IMG/VR virus record: IMGVR_UViG_2690316002_000017
Source of the DNA: a virus
Lineage: Duplodnaviria > Heunggongvirae > Uroviricota > Caudoviricetes
Reading direction: 5' to 3' (one strand)
Length of the DNA stretch: 18,886 bases
Below are positions 9,020-16,847 of this stretch, in pieces. The stretch's first letter is position 1. Each line of letters opens with the position of its first letter. The position numbers were made by a program, and so were the translations under genes. The notes under the pieces are model-generated. The model searched no databases. It saw only the letters and a program-made list of their open reading frames with translations, and was not told the DNA's origin.

Positions 9020-10053
9020 TGAGCAAGAAAAAAGGGAAAACACCGCAACCTGCGGCAAAAAAAATGACCGCCAGCGCCCCGAAAATGGAGGCATTCACCT
9101 TTGGTGAGCCGGTGCCGGTACTCGACCGCCGTGACATTCTGGATTACGTCGAGTGCATCAGTAACGGCAGATGGTATGAGCCACCGGTCAGCTTTACCGG
9201 TCTGGCAAAAAGCCTGCGTGCTGCCGTGCATCACAGCTCCCCGATTTACGTCAAACGCAATATTCTGGCCTCGACATTTATCCCGCATCCGTGGCTTTCC
9301 CAGCAGGATTTCAGCCGCTTTGCGCTGGATTTTCTGGTGTTCGGTAATGCGTTTCTGGAAAAGCGTTACAGCACCACCGGTAAGGTCATCAGACTGGAAA
9401 CCTCACCGGCAAAATATACCCGCCGTGGCGTGGAGGAGGATGTTTACTGGTGGGTGCCGTCCTTCAACGAGCCGACACCTTTCACGCCCGGCTCCGTGTT
9501 TCATCTGCTGGAGCCGGATATTAATCAGGAGCTGTACGGCATGCCGGAATATCTCAGCGCCCTTAACTCTGCCTGGCTGAATGAGTCAGCCACGCTGTTC
9601 CGCCGCAAGTATTACGAAAACGGCGCACATGCCGGATACATCATGTACGTCACTGATGCCGTGCAGGATCGCAACGATATCGAAATGCTTCGCGAAAACA
9701 TGGTCAAGTCGAAAGGCCGCAACAACTTTAAAAATCTGTTTCTCTATGCCCCGCAGGGAAAAGCCGACGGCATTAAAATTATCCCGCTCAGTGAAGTGGC
9801 AACGAAGGACGATTTTTTTAATATCAAAAAAGCCAGCGCCGCTGACCTGCTGGACGCGCACCGCATCCCCTTTCAGTTGATGGGCGGCAAGCCGGAGAAC
9901 GTCGGGTCGCTGGGTGATATTGAGAAAGTGGCAAAGGTCTTTGTCCGCAATGAGCTTATCCCGTTACAGGACAGGATCCGCGAGATAAACGGCTGGCTCG
10001 GTCAGGAGGTCATCCGCTTTAAAAACTACTCACTGGACACTGACAACGGCTGA
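9019..10053 (+). CDS. Q: Portal vertex protein Q
   Basis: 344-aa ORF starting MSKKKGKTPQPAAKKMTASAPKMEAFTFGEPVPVL, the size and position of P2 gpQ. Start overlaps the P stop (TGATG). Confidence 0.95.
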   Translation: MSKKKGKTPQPAAKKMTASAPKMEAFTFGEPVPVLDRRDILDYVECISNGRWYEPPVSFTGLAKSLRAAVHHSSPIYVKRNILASTFIPHPWLSQQDFSRFALDFLVFGNAFLEKRYSTTGKVIRLETSPAKYTRRGVEEDVYWWVPSFNEPTPFTPGSVFHLLEPDINQELYGMPEYLSALNSAWLNESATLFRRKYYENGAHAGYIMYVTDAVQDRNDIEMLRENMVKSKGRNNFKNLFLYAPQGKADGIKIIPLSEVATKDDFFNIKKASAADLLDAHRIPFQLMGGKPENVGSLGDIEKVAKVFVRNELIPLQDRIREINGWLGQEVIRFKNYSLDTDNG

Positions 10054-10058
10054 ACATC

Positions 10059-10080
10059 GCCGCCTGCGGGCGGCTTTTTT
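10059..10080 (+). terminator. Rho-independent terminator after Q
   Basis: GCCGCC-TGCG-GGCGGC hairpin followed by TTTTTT, six nt after the Q stop codon. Confidence 0.6.
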
Positions 10081-10217
10081 ACACCCCGCCATCACGCCCT
10101 CACACGCTCACCACCGCACAAAACATCCCGCAGACAACGCCCCGGCTAACAATCTAAACGCCATCACGACGCGCTCAGACGCTGAAAAAATAAAATCAGC
10201 ACCACCGCCAGCGCGCA

Positions 10218-10236
10218 GTGCTATCCCCGCCTCGCC
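10218..10236 (-). other. Putative cos site (19-nt cohesive-end sequence)
   Basis: Reverse complement of 10218..10236 is GGCGAGGCGGGGATAGCAC. From memory the P2 cohesive end is GGCGAGGCGGGGAAAGCAC, which gives a single mismatch. It lies next to Q where P2 cos is expected. Confidence 0.55.
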
Positions 10237-10353
10237 CGCCCGCTTAATGGGGCGGTTTTAATGCGGGTGCATAACCACTTCTTACCCACATCAATTCTGG
10301 TCAAGCCAAGCAGTACAGCTTATGATTTCAAGATGCAAACTCATGCAGCAATG

Positions 10354-11547
10354 TTAAATTCTGCATCCATCGGTTTGAAAATGTGATCCGTTTTTCGAAT
10401 TCAAACTCAACTCTGTTTGACTCTTTTGAACATTAATAGTTTTACCAGTAAGGACATCCAAAACCCCTGCAGCAACAGCCTGCGCCAATTTACAAGGCAC
10501 AGCATTCCCTATCTGACGCCAAATTGACGAATTTTTCCCCACAAAGACATAATTACTCGGGAATGTTTGAATCAAAAGAGCCTCATCTATCGTTAGTCGA
10601 CGTAAACGACTAGGTACATCGTGCATATCTTTTGGCTCACCACCATTCATTAGATGATTATGATAAGTCTCAACATAACTTGTTGAGCCATCATAAAGGT
10701 GTTCTTCATCAATAATTGGTGTCCTATTCCCCCCCATAGAAGCAGCTATAGTTGAAGCATACCCATTCGGGTTAATTGGTCTTCCCTGCCCGTTAAACAT
10801 CATTCCCGCGTAAGGTGACTTCCGTAATACTGGCTTAGCAGCATTTGTAATCCTTGCATTACAGACTCTTGAATTGTTTGGATTACCCGCTCGCCCTAAA
10901 GGCCGAATAATCTCACCAACTGTGGGCGAAAGATATTGGTATTTTTTTATCGCCGCCTCAACTCGTTTCACATCATTTTCGGAACGAAACCCTATAAAAA
11001 ACATACGTTCCCTATTCTGAGGAACGCCAAAATCTTTAGAATTCAGCACCAGCAAGGCTGAACGATAGCCTGACTTTTCAGCCATCTTAAACAGTTCACA
11101 CCTAACTGGTTCAAATTTGGACAACTGTGCTAAAGCCTTAACATTCTCCATAACAAAGCATTCTGGTTGAATTATATCCACCGCCCGCATGAATGACATA
11201 ACCAGCTTACTACGTGGATCATGAGCGTCCATTTTCCCTGCCACAGAAAATCCTTGGCATGGAGGCCCACCAAAAACACAACCTATATTTTTCAGCCCAG
11301 ACAATTCACTTAGCATCTCATCAATATCACCACAAAAAACAGGTGATTCATGATTAAGCTTAAATGTATCACATGCATCCTTATCTATATCATTGGCCCA
11401 AACTGTTCGGAACCCGGCATTAGAGAAACCGACATCCATCCCTCCTGCCCCAGTAAATAAGCTCACCGCTGAAATTTTGTTCACTTCTTTAGCACCAATT
11501 ATTCGATTTTGGAATAAAACCAATGATAGGTAAGGATCGACACACAA
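10354..11547 (-). CDS. DNA (cytosine-5)-methyltransferase
   Basis: Canonical C5-MTase motifs in order: FTGAGGMDVGF (motif I, AdoMet), GGPPCQGFSVAGK (motif IV, catalytic Cys; nt about 11247-11270), ENV (VI), QNRERMFFIGF (VIII), GNAVPCKLAQAVA (X). The track ORF starts at a TTG (11547). A GTG at 11484 (product MNKISAVSLFTGAGG...) is a plausible true start. AT-rich by eye. Confidence 0.85.
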   Translation of the reverse strand: MCVDPYLSLVLFQNRIIGAKEVNKISAVSLFTGAGGMDVGFSNAGFRTVWANDIDKDACDTFKLNHESPVFCGDIDEMLSELSGLKNIGCVFGGPPCQGFSVAGKMDAHDPRSKLVMSFMRAVDIIQPECFVMENVKALAQLSKFEPVRCELFKMAEKSGYRSALLVLNSKDFGVPQNRERMFFIGFRSENDVKRVEAAIKKYQYLSPTVGEIIRPLGRAGNPNNSRVCNARITNAAKPVLRKSPYAGMMFNGQGRPINPNGYASTIAASMGGNRTPIIDEEHLYDGSTSYVETYHNHLMNGGEPKDMHDVPSRLRRLTIDEALLIQTFPSNYVFVGKNSSIWRQIGNAVPCKLAQAVAAGVLDVLTGKTINVQKSQTELSLNSKNGSHFQTDGCRI

Positions 11548-11837
11548 TCAATCACCTTCTAAACCACATGGCAAAACGACAACCAACTATACATGATCAT
11601 AGATACAGGTGCCTAGTCCAGCTTCTCACCAAACTACGCAAAGAAGCTTCTCTTTCGCAGTCAGAATTGGCCATTTTTCTAGGATTATCACAATCAGATA
11701 TATCTAAAATCGAAAGCTTTGAAAGGCGATTAGATGCTTTAGAACTATTTGAATTATTAGAGGTGGTTGCAAGCCGATTAGGTCTACCAATGGATATCTT
11801 ACTAAAGGACACCTATGAAAGTATTAGTAAATCATGA
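11523..11837 (+). CDS. Small helix-turn-helix protein, candidate R-M controller (C protein)
   Basis: 104 aa with an XRE-like HTH (LSQSELAIFLGLSQSDISKIESFERRLDALELFELL). Divergent from the methyltransferase and directly upstream of the nuclease-like gene. An alternative start at ATG 11568 would give 89 aa. No strong Shine-Dalgarno at either. Confidence 0.6.
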   Translation: MIGKDRHTINHLLNHMAKRQPTIHDHRYRCLVQLLTKLRKEASLSQSELAIFLGLSQSDISKIESFERRLDALELFELLEVVASRLGLPMDILLKDTYESISKS

Positions 11838-12161
11838 GCAAGCCTATAATGCAATTATAAATGCAATCAACGATGCAAAAAATTAACTGATTACAAAACA
11901 AATAATCAATGGGTCTCCATTCAAAATGTAATTTTAGGCACCCACCTTACATACAGATATATACTTATTACTGGTTTACTTGCAAAAGCAACAGACCCTA
12001 GAGTAAACCCTCTGGCTTTACAAGCTAATGCCCCCGTAGACGGAGCCTATGATGCAAGAAGTTTATGTCATTCGGTAATAGTAGGCAAAGTAGAAGGCCC
12101 ATTTTTAGAGGGTAAGTTAGGCGCATCAAATGAGCCATTTCTAAATAAACCTGCTCGTTAC

Positions 12162-12869
12162 ATGCTCCACTCCTCTGATAACCCTGTGCGCAGAGGAAAT
12201 GATAAGGTTTTACAACAACTTTCAATTGATATATTACATGCAGCAACAACCCAAACCTTAGCTTATGAAATGCTTGTTATTGCATTATATTTTACCCTAC
12301 AGCGAACCAATAGAGTTATAACGCCGAACTCAATTAATTTTGATTTTCATAAGATTATTTATAATATTATATCTCATCCTTGTGATGGAGAAACATGCGC
12401 GATTGCTGCCGCAATTTCGTTACATTTATTAGGTGAACAAAGAGGATGGATAATAAAAGCACATCCCGTCAATCAGGCCGGTAGCTCCTCAAAAGAGATA
12501 CTGGACATAGATGTATATCATGACGATATAGTTTTCCTTTCTATAGAAGTGAAAGACAAACCATTTAATTATCAAGATGTTAATCACGCCGTTTCAAAAG
12601 CATCTGCATCCGGGATTTCAAAAGTTATCTTCCTTAAAGGGCCAAGAGCAACAAACTTAGATATTGATGAGTCTCTTGCGATTGAGAACGCTGCGACAAA
12701 AGGTATTTCACTAAGCTTTAGTGACGTCATGACATTCACAACAACATGTTATGCGTTATCGCCACTATTAAGTAATGACAGAATAATAGATTTCATAAAT
12801 AACACTTTAAAAGACATCAGAGCTAAAGATAGCACTATAGAATACATACAATCCATATTTAAAAATTAA
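12162..12869 (+). CDS. PD-(D/E)xK nuclease-like protein, candidate Type II restriction endonuclease; 5' end uncertain
   Basis: 235 aa from the first ATG. Contains LDIDVYHDDIVFLSIEVKDK (nt 12501-12560), with an acidic residue at the end of one predicted strand and a hydrophobic run ending in E-V-K. No Shine-Dalgarno before ATG 12162, and the frame is open for 104 codons upstream (see findings). Confidence 0.55.
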   Translation: MLHSSDNPVRRGNDKVLQQLSIDILHAATTQTLAYEMLVIALYFTLQRTNRVITPNSINFDFHKIIYNIISHPCDGETCAIAAAISLHLLGEQRGWIIKAHPVNQAGSSSKEILDIDVYHDDIVFLSIEVKDKPFNYQDVNHAVSKASASGISKVIFLKGPRATNLDIDESLAIENAATKGISLSFSDVMTFTTTCYALSPLLSNDRIIDFINNTLKDIRAKDSTIEYIQSIFKN

Positions 12870-12875
12870 TACTCC

Positions 12876-12912
12876 CGGGACAATATAGTTCACAACTACG
12901 TTGTCCCTTTTA
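12876..12912 (+). terminator. Candidate terminator hairpin between the convergent nuclease gene and gene A
   Basis: GGGACAA ... TTGTCCC inverted repeat followed by TTTTA, just after the nuclease stop (12867-12869). The loop is long (about 17 nt), so this is weak. Confidence 0.3.
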
Positions 12913-12962
12913 AAACAGTCAAGCAATTGCATTATATTAATTATTTACTTTTTATCACAATC

Positions 12963-15271
12963 TCATAATTCATACGCTCTCCAATCACATATAACAGGAT
13001 AACTGAAGCTTCTCCCGTCGTAATTTACAGTTGCCCCACGCGCCAGCGCCTCAAGCTCCCATCGCTGCGGCCTGATACCGTTCTGAGCAAGGTCAACGCG
13101 GATAAGGGTGATTTGCAATCGTTCAGACCTGGTCAGTCTGGCCGATGGTGCTATTTCATGCGGTTTTAACGGGCTTCCGTTTCTTTGCTGACGGTTTGGT
13201 GTTATCAGGTCGTGTTTTAATGCGCCCCTGAGCGCCCTCACGACCTCCGGGTCATTCCATTCGATAACACCGTCATCAACCAGATTAAGCACTGCTGCGG
13301 CGTGTTCAGAAGGTGTGGGAGCCGGTAACGAAGTATCACCACTGGTGAGCTTTCCACAGTTATTGACAGGACTCCGAGGCGCGGCGATGCCGCTTTTTAA
13401 AGTCAAAGGCTCAACGACCGGAACTTTCGGCACAATGCGCCAGTCCGTCGTTCTGGTGATATGAATATGACGCGCGCCGAGATGCGGCGCGTAAATGCCG
13501 ACCACTCTCTCGACTTCTTCCTCGTACTCGTTAACGTCATCCNNNNNNNNNNNNNNNNNNNNNNNNNNNNNNNNNNNNNNNNNNNNNNNNNNNNNNNNNN
13601 NNNNNNNNNNNNNNNNNNNNNNNNNNNNNNNNNNNNNNNNNNNNNNNNNNNNNNNNNNNNNNNNNNNNNNNNNNNNNNNNNNNNNNNNNNNNNNNNNNNN
13701 NNNNNNNNNNNNNNNNNNNNNNNNNNNNNNNNNNNNNNNNNNNNNNNNNNNNNNNNNNNNNNNNNNNNNNNNNNNNNNNNNNNNNNNNNNNNNNNNNNNN
13801 NNNNNNNNNNNNNNNNNNNNNNNNNNNNNNNNNNNNNNNNNNNNNNNNNNNNNNNNNNNNNNNNNNNNNGCTGCCCATCCAGTGCATAGCCGTCGATATT
13901 TTTTGAGATGTATTTCGCGATATACCCCGCAGCACCGCCCCGATTAAGATGTTTTGCCTGAAAACGGTTTCGCGCGGCTCCTCTTTCGTCGCCATCCTCT
14001 TTGAGCGCATAGCGACGCATGATTTCGATAATCTGGTTACGCTGGCGTGGATTACAAAAAAGCATCATATGCCAGTGCGGCGTTCCGTCGTGGTGTGGCT
14101 CGACGACTCGCAAACCGTAGACCTGTAAATCATTATCCTTGAATGCCGTGCGCATCAGGCTCCAGATACGGCAGAGATAACGCTGCGCATCCTTTGGATT
14201 AAATGCCTCATCATTCCAGCCGTGATTAAGCTGGACGGTTTTATTTTCGCCTTTTCCAACCTGACGTGTCGGGTGATACTTTGACGGCGCGGTAAGCGTG
14301 ATAAACATCCCCACATCACCCTCTGCGGCGGCGTAACGCTCAATACCGGCAATGGTGTTCATCAGCTCCATCCGGCGAATTTCAGGATTAGAAATACTGC
14401 CCATCACCTTACTGATAAGGTCGATGCGCTCGCCGGTTTCCCTGTTTTCAAGGTCACACGATTTAAGAAATTCCAGATTTGCCTGGCGGCGCGCACGCAC
14501 ATCACGAATGGCATGTTTACTGGCATAAGGAGAACGGTCTTTATTGACCTCCCCGACAGCTATCAGTAACGCCTCATGCCAGCGCATACGCTGGCCTTTA
14601 AGCTGATGAGTCCACCACTCATCGTTAAACAGGCGGGCAATGGCAGAATATGCCTGCCTCGTGGTCATCTGTCCTTTACGGTATTTTTTCCAGTAGAGCG
14701 GGGAAATATTGAAAGCACGTGCAGCGCCAGCAACATGACCATAGAGGTGAGCCTGCGCCTCATCCGTAAACAGCGATTCTTTTTCGCCATGTGCATCAAC
14801 CCAGGCATCGCAGAGTTCCTCATACATCATGAAAAGCTGCGATGAGATACGGGCAGCAAACTTTTTCAGCTCCTTGTCATTCATTCCCGGCAGGCGCGCA
14901 TAGTGGTCACGCTCTGCCAGAAACAGCAACGACGCGTCGGTGTTCATTTCATGGCGCTGATTCACACGCTCAATGCGCGGCCATAAACGACGCTGAAAAG
15001 TGGATGTGAGGAAATAAAACCCGTGCACCGGGCTTTTATTGCGCCGGATGTAGTCATAGCGTGAAGTAAACAGCGAGCGCAAAAAGTAAGGCAGGCGGTT
15101 AATCGTGGATAAAACACCTTGCACCTGATGCATCTCGTCACGTGTAAGGGGTCTTTCGCGCCCGACGGCCTCGCGTGGCGCGTTCCATGCATAAGCACCG
15201 GTAAACGCCTTACCGGTGCCTGCAGCAAATGCTGACGGAGGGACAAAACGCCCGGAGGCTTTAACGGCCAT
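12963..15271 (-). CDS. A: Replication initiation protein A (rolling-circle initiator), interrupted by an N-run
   Basis: ATG at 15271 gives MAVKASGRFVPPSAFAAGTGKAFTGAYAWNAPREA. Upstream of the gap are HHDGTPHWHMMLF and the active-site-like GYIAKYISKNIDGYALDGQ. After the gap the C-terminal part (DDVNEYEEEVERVVGIYAPHLGARHIHI...YPVICDWRAYEL) continues in a different frame relative to the Ns. Track ORFs 13403..15313 and 12963..13505 are the two pieces. Confidence 0.9.
13543..13869. other. Run of 327 N inside gene A (gap or mask; length not frame-consistent)
   Basis: Directly visible. The A frame before and after the run differ, so the run length does not equal the missing sequence length modulo 3. 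Confidence 1.
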
Positions 15272-15536
15272 ATGAGCCAAAAGCCTCTGAACAACGCCTG
15301 CTGAGTTGCTCAACCTGCGCGTTTAAATCAGCAAAAGATTTTGCGCTTCCGGTCAGAATATCGTGATGCATCAGGCCGGAAACGAGCTGGCTTAATTTCG
15401 GATAATAACCAACCACCGCCAGCCATTCCTGACCGGCGTTTTTACCGCTTTCCGCTCTCTTTTTCTCGTGGAGAATAAACTGAAAGCTGTCACTGGTAAC
15501 GACATAACGTTCGCCAATTTCAATACGAATACTCAT
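15261..15536 (-). CDS. Hypothetical early-operon protein just upstream of A
   Basis: 91-aa ORF with ATG at 15536 overlapping the stop of the upstream zinc-finger gene. Its 3' end overlaps the A start by 11 nt. Position corresponds to the small orfs preceding A in P2. Confidence 0.6.
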   Translation of the reverse strand: MSIRIEIGERYVVTSDSFQFILHEKKRAESGKNAGQEWLAVVGYYPKLSQLVSGLMHHDILTGSAKSFADLNAQVEQLSRRCSEAFGSYGR

Positions 15537-15757
15537 GCCGTTCTCCGGTAATGTTTGTTTTTTGCTTCAAAGACTGACTGGCAGGAAACACAACGCGTGG
15601 CTGACGGATAAGCCGCACGACGGGCAGCAGGTATTGGCGCGTCACACTCTTCGCAAACCAGCGCAGAAGCACCGCAATGTTTTACCCTTGCCGCGTTAAT
15701 CTGACGCTCCAGTAATTCAGCCTGTTGTTCCTGAATAAAATCTACGTTGTCCGGCAT
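15533..15757 (-). CDS. DksA/TraR-family C4 zinc-finger protein
   Basis: 74 aa with paired Cys motifs (C..C..LVCEEC ... RCVSC) typical of TraR/DksA C4 fingers. ATG at 15757 preceded by AAAAGGAG. P2-like early operons carry such a gene. Confidence 0.75.
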   Translation of the reverse strand: MPDNVDFIQEQQAELLERQINAARVKHCGASALVCEECDAPIPAARRAAYPSATRCVSCQSVFEAKNKHYRRTA

Positions 15758-16059
15758 TACCAGCTCCTTTTGTCGTTAAGTTTTTTAAATTCATCAGCGC
15801 AATAGCTAGCAATTTCTGTCGTTAATTTCGTCAGTTCATCCACGGAGGAGATTTGCTTGTGAAATACAGCGCGTTTAACAAGTAAATTGACCACATCAGA
15901 CAGGAGATTTAATTCGTTCTGATAAATCGCGATAACAGACTCAGTTATTTCGCGTTTTTCTTTATCAAGACCAAGTTGAATAAGAGATAAATCGCCATTT
16001 TTCATAACGGCGATTTTTAAGGCGTTATTCAGTAATACAACTGAACGAGAACAGGACAT
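15757..16059 (-). CDS. Hypothetical protein (AT-rich small early-operon gene)
   Basis: First ATG at 16059 gives about 100 aa ([24 protein letters not shown]...). The track ORF begins one codon earlier at TTG. Stop overlaps the next gene start (ATG/TAA overlap). No recognisable motif. Confidence 0.5.
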   Translation of the reverse strand: MSCSRSVVLLNNALKIAVMKNGDLSLIQLGLDKEKREITESVIAIYQNELNLLSDVVNLLVKRAVFHKQISSVDELTKLTTEIASYCADEFKKLNDKRSW

Positions 16060-16283
16060 CAAAGCACCTCCCCGCGAGACAATCCGATATTGTGAAATTT
16101 TTCCGACTCCTGACTGAGCAGCTCGACTATCTCCACGCGGGATAACTCCGCCTTTGTGATGTGGCGAATCATGGCGTCAAGATGAGAAGAAAAGCGCGTC
16201 GCTGCGTCGGCCTGTGCTTCGGTTCTGGCCTGTTGCAGCAGTAATGCGTATTTACCGCACTGATTTTCAGAAACTGTATGCAT
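16059..16283 (-). CDS. Hypothetical protein (small early-operon gene)
   Basis: ATG at 16283 preceded by GGAG gives about 74 aa ([21 protein letters not shown]...). The track ORF starts 11 codons earlier at TTG. No recognisable motif. Confidence 0.5.
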   Translation of the reverse strand: MHTVSENQCGKYALLLQQARTEAQADAATRFSSHLDAMIRHITKAELSRVEIVELLSQESEKFHNIGLSRGEVL

Positions 16284-16346
16284 GACTTTCTCCAGGCAAA
16301 AAGAAGCCCCGCACAATTAAGTGCGTTAAAAACTCTGGTTAATTAC

Positions 16347-16847
16347 TTAATGCAGATATTGCTCTGGTTTTACCGACGTCAGAATTGTCGGTGCATACTC
16401 AAACAGGCTGAATAATTCACGTAATGCACGGAATAAAGCATCACGCCAGTAACATGATTCTTCATTAATTCGCCAGTATGGCTGGTTGAATTCTTTTTCA
16501 GTCAATCCGGCATGCATAAATAAAGTACGACGCTGACTGACTGTTAAAAAACTAATATATGCATACTCACTTGCGCCAACCTGACGGCGTTTTGAGAATG
16601 CCCCACGCAATTCATCAATTGCACATACCAGTCGTTCACGTTCGACATCATTCATTTCTTCAAAACGCATCGTTGCGTGACGCTGTTTTAACTGCGCATG
16701 GAAGCAAACCGTTAGCCGTTCGCGTTCCATCATCTGATTATAATAATCGCATGTCTCCTGCCAGCGAGGGACGGCAAGATGCTTACCAATTATCCGGCGC
16801 ATAGCTGCTGGCTGTTTTTCGACGAGATTAAGCGTCATCACTGTCAT
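16347..16847 (-). CDS. B: Replication protein B
   Basis: 166-aa ORF starting MTVMTLNLVEKQPAAMRRIIGKHLAVPRWQ, the size and position of P2 gpB as I recall it. Confidence 0.85.
   Translation of the reverse strand: MTVMTLNLVEKQPAAMRRIIGKHLAVPRWQETCDYYNQMMERERLTVCFHAQLKQRHATMRFEEMNDVERERLVCAIDELRGAFSKRRQVGASEYAYISFLTVSQRRTLFMHAGLTEKEFNQPYWRINEESCYWRDALFRALRELFSLFEYAPTILTSVKPEQYLH

Noticed and set aside
11505-11526. Short inverted repeat TTGG-N7-CCAA at the MTase/HTH divergent region as a possible C-box
   Set aside because: Only 4 bp arms in AT-rich sequence, which is expected by chance. Needs experimental or comparative support.
11835-11849. HTH-nuclease translational fusion by read-through of in-frame TGA (11835) and TAA (11847)
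   Set aside because: The two genes share a frame, but two consecutive stop read-throughs are implausible in bacteria. A shared frame is a 1-in-3 coincidence. The frameshift or indel explanation at the A6 tract is simpler.
12025-12249. 74-aa minus-strand ORF in the region upstream of the nuclease gene
   Set aside because: It lies antisense to the long stop-free nuclease frame and overlaps the nuclease start. No ribosome-binding site or motif. Most likely a chance ORF.
13403-13542. C-terminal tail of track ORF 13403..15313 (…MTLTSTRKKSREWSAFTRRISARVIFISPERRTGALCRKFRSLSL)
   Set aside because: After the N-run this frame is not the A frame. The genuine A C-terminus is in the frame of ORF 12963..13505 (ERVVGIYAPHLG…). 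The tail is out-of-frame read-through.
13461-14010. ORFs spanning the second N-run (13461..13889, 13495..13947, 13537..14010)
   Set aside because: Artefacts of the N-run. The region belongs to gene A on the minus strand.
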